Source: Cirrosporium novae-zelandiae | Taxonomy: Eukaryota | Direction: 5' to 3' | Length of the DNA stretch: 64,000 bases | NCBI GenBank assembly: GCA_026023565.1 | Contig: JAPETS010000013.1 | Location: 1-64,000 of the forward strand | Program-made: the position numbers and the translations under genes | Part shown: one piece after another, positions 62,143-64,000 of the stretch | Layout of the letters: every line of letters starts with the position of its first letter | Position numbering within the stretch: position 1 is the stretch's first letter | Notes under the pieces: model-generated | What the model saw: the letters and a program-made list of their open reading frames with translations, nothing else | Database searches by the model: none | Told to the model about the DNA's origin: nothing

Positions 62143-64000
62143 GTCCTCTTCACTCACCTATTCAGCCACTCATCCACGTACTCATCCATTTATACCCACA
62201 TTATTACATATTATATAGGAAAGGAAAGGAAAGGAAGGAAAGGAGGAGGCAACACTTGTATAATATACCTGTATAATAGATAATAGAAAGAAAAGAAAGA
62301 AAAAATCAATCACACATCCTTCTTTTCCCCCTCCTCTCTTCTTTTTCTTCTCTTTCTTCTTTCCCTTTCCCATTCCTCAAGGTTCAATTGCCACCTTATC
62401 CCCTCTCCCTTCGCTCGAAAAAAAAGAAAAATAGGGTTTGAGATTTTCTTTAACCTTCTCGTGTTATATATTATGTTATGTTATTTTGTACATGTACTTA
62501 TGAAGTGCTACAAGGTACTCGTTCTTTTTTTTTTTTTTTTTTTTTGAGAGGGGGAGGGGGGGGGGGATGTTGGGTATGGTACAGTGGTTGGATGGATGGA
62601 TAATACTTTAATACCCAATGGGATATATTGATTGATTGGTTGAAGAAAGGAAGGAAGTAAGTGCTAATTTTGGATATGAGATATAAGATAAAACATTAAA
62701 ACTAGATCAGCTAGTTGAACAATTCCGTAAAGCGTAGTTCAATGGAGGGAGGATGCTGTACTTTATAGTTGAACCCCCCCCCCCCTCCCAAAAAAAAGGG
62801 AAAGAAAAGGGGAAAGAAAGGGAAAGGGGTAATTTGATTTGATTTGAGTTATATGATACGGTATAATATAATATAAGAACGAACTACAAGCTACTAATCG
62901 GTATCACAAGTTGGAGATGGAGAATAAAATATATAGAGAGAGAGAGGGAGAGAGGGAGAAAAAAACAGGTCTAAAGAAAATATATAAAAAGTGAAAAGTA
63001 AAAAAAAAAAAAAAAATAGGGGAGAGGGAGAGGGGGAGTATGGGTATCTGTAGTTTAAAACCCTAGTATTCCGGTGTAGTCAGGTTAATATATTCTATTC
63101 TATCCCAACACTACACCATAGTAGCTATTTATCCCCCCAAGTAGCAAAGTAGCAAGTAGTAGATATCTCCCACGTCCTTTTAGCTGGCTTAGTTACCTAG
63201 GTAAGTAAGAATGCCGACTTGCTTTCTAACACCTGGAGATTTTTTTTCCAATTTAATTGATCTTTGGAATCTCTGTTTATGCATGTATATTGTACATTGT
63301 ACAGTACGTAGATTTATCTGTTTGATGAGTTTGGGGAGTGAGTGAGTGAGTGATATAGTTATGTTATTGTAAGGCTATGTTTATTTAATCCTTTTATAGT
63401 CTTTTGACACGCTTGATGGTTAAAGGGGAATCGTGATAATAGACATCATGTGTGGTACTCTCTACCTGCAGAACATTTTTTATTATTTGGGGGGGTTGTG
63501 TTAATGGTGATATATAATGAAAGTGAATGGGGCGGGATGGTATATTTATCAAAATTGATTGATTAATTGCGAATTTTGGGACCCTCGATGTTTGTTTCCA
63601 AGGAAAGTTAGGAAAGGAATGGGATATCAAGGCTTGGAGGTATCAGTATTATGATTGTGACCCTTGTCTTGGGTTATTTATCTGTAGACTGTAGTACGAA
63701 GCCACTGACTCATCCTGTCTTATCTTTCTTCCTCGTCTGCTGTAGGTTTTGTTCTACCTTCAAATACACAAGGTATCTGGGGGCCAGGATCAAGAAAGGG
63801 ATCATCTTTTCGGAATGGCCTTTTCGTCAACTGTATCTTCTCTTTATTCCATTGGCAACTCTGGATGGACGAAACTCATCTGGACTTTTTGTAATATAAT
63901 GTGAGCACCTTAACGCCGAATTCCCTATCTTATCCTATCCTCACAAATACAGTGGATATTATTGGAATATCCATTCATGGCTATCCTCTTCTTCCCCACA

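Overview
Left end of a chromosome from a filamentous ascomycete (Pezizomycotina-like: (CCCTAA)n telomere, short GT-AG introns with CTRAC/CTAAT branch sites, intron-containing tRNA). The first ~6 kb looks accessory: a Zn2Cys6 regulator ending ~400 bp from the telomere, a divergent intronless CxxC peroxiredoxin-like gene with a 10-bp tandem array in the shared promoter, and a spliced PD-(D/E)XK nuclease-like gene. Mostly conserved genes follow: an IFRD-domain protein, MAPKK STE7, a divergent non-RD kinase with a 5-nt micro-exon, INO80 subunit IEC3, a Nop13-like RRM protein, a second Zn2Cys6 factor, tRNA-Ser(GCT), class I chitin synthase, a Btz/CASC3-domain protein, an NBR1-type autophagy receptor carrying an unexpected CCCH zinc finger, SPT6, RRP4, a secreted SGNH (CE16-like) esterase, phospholipase D, OSH3 and a PL3 pectate lyase with a 77-residue pure D/E/S tract. 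The last ~4.4 kb has no recognisable gene, is rich in microsatellites and holds a probable 151-bp solo LTR. All gene models were spliced by eye and family calls come from motif recognition, not database searches.
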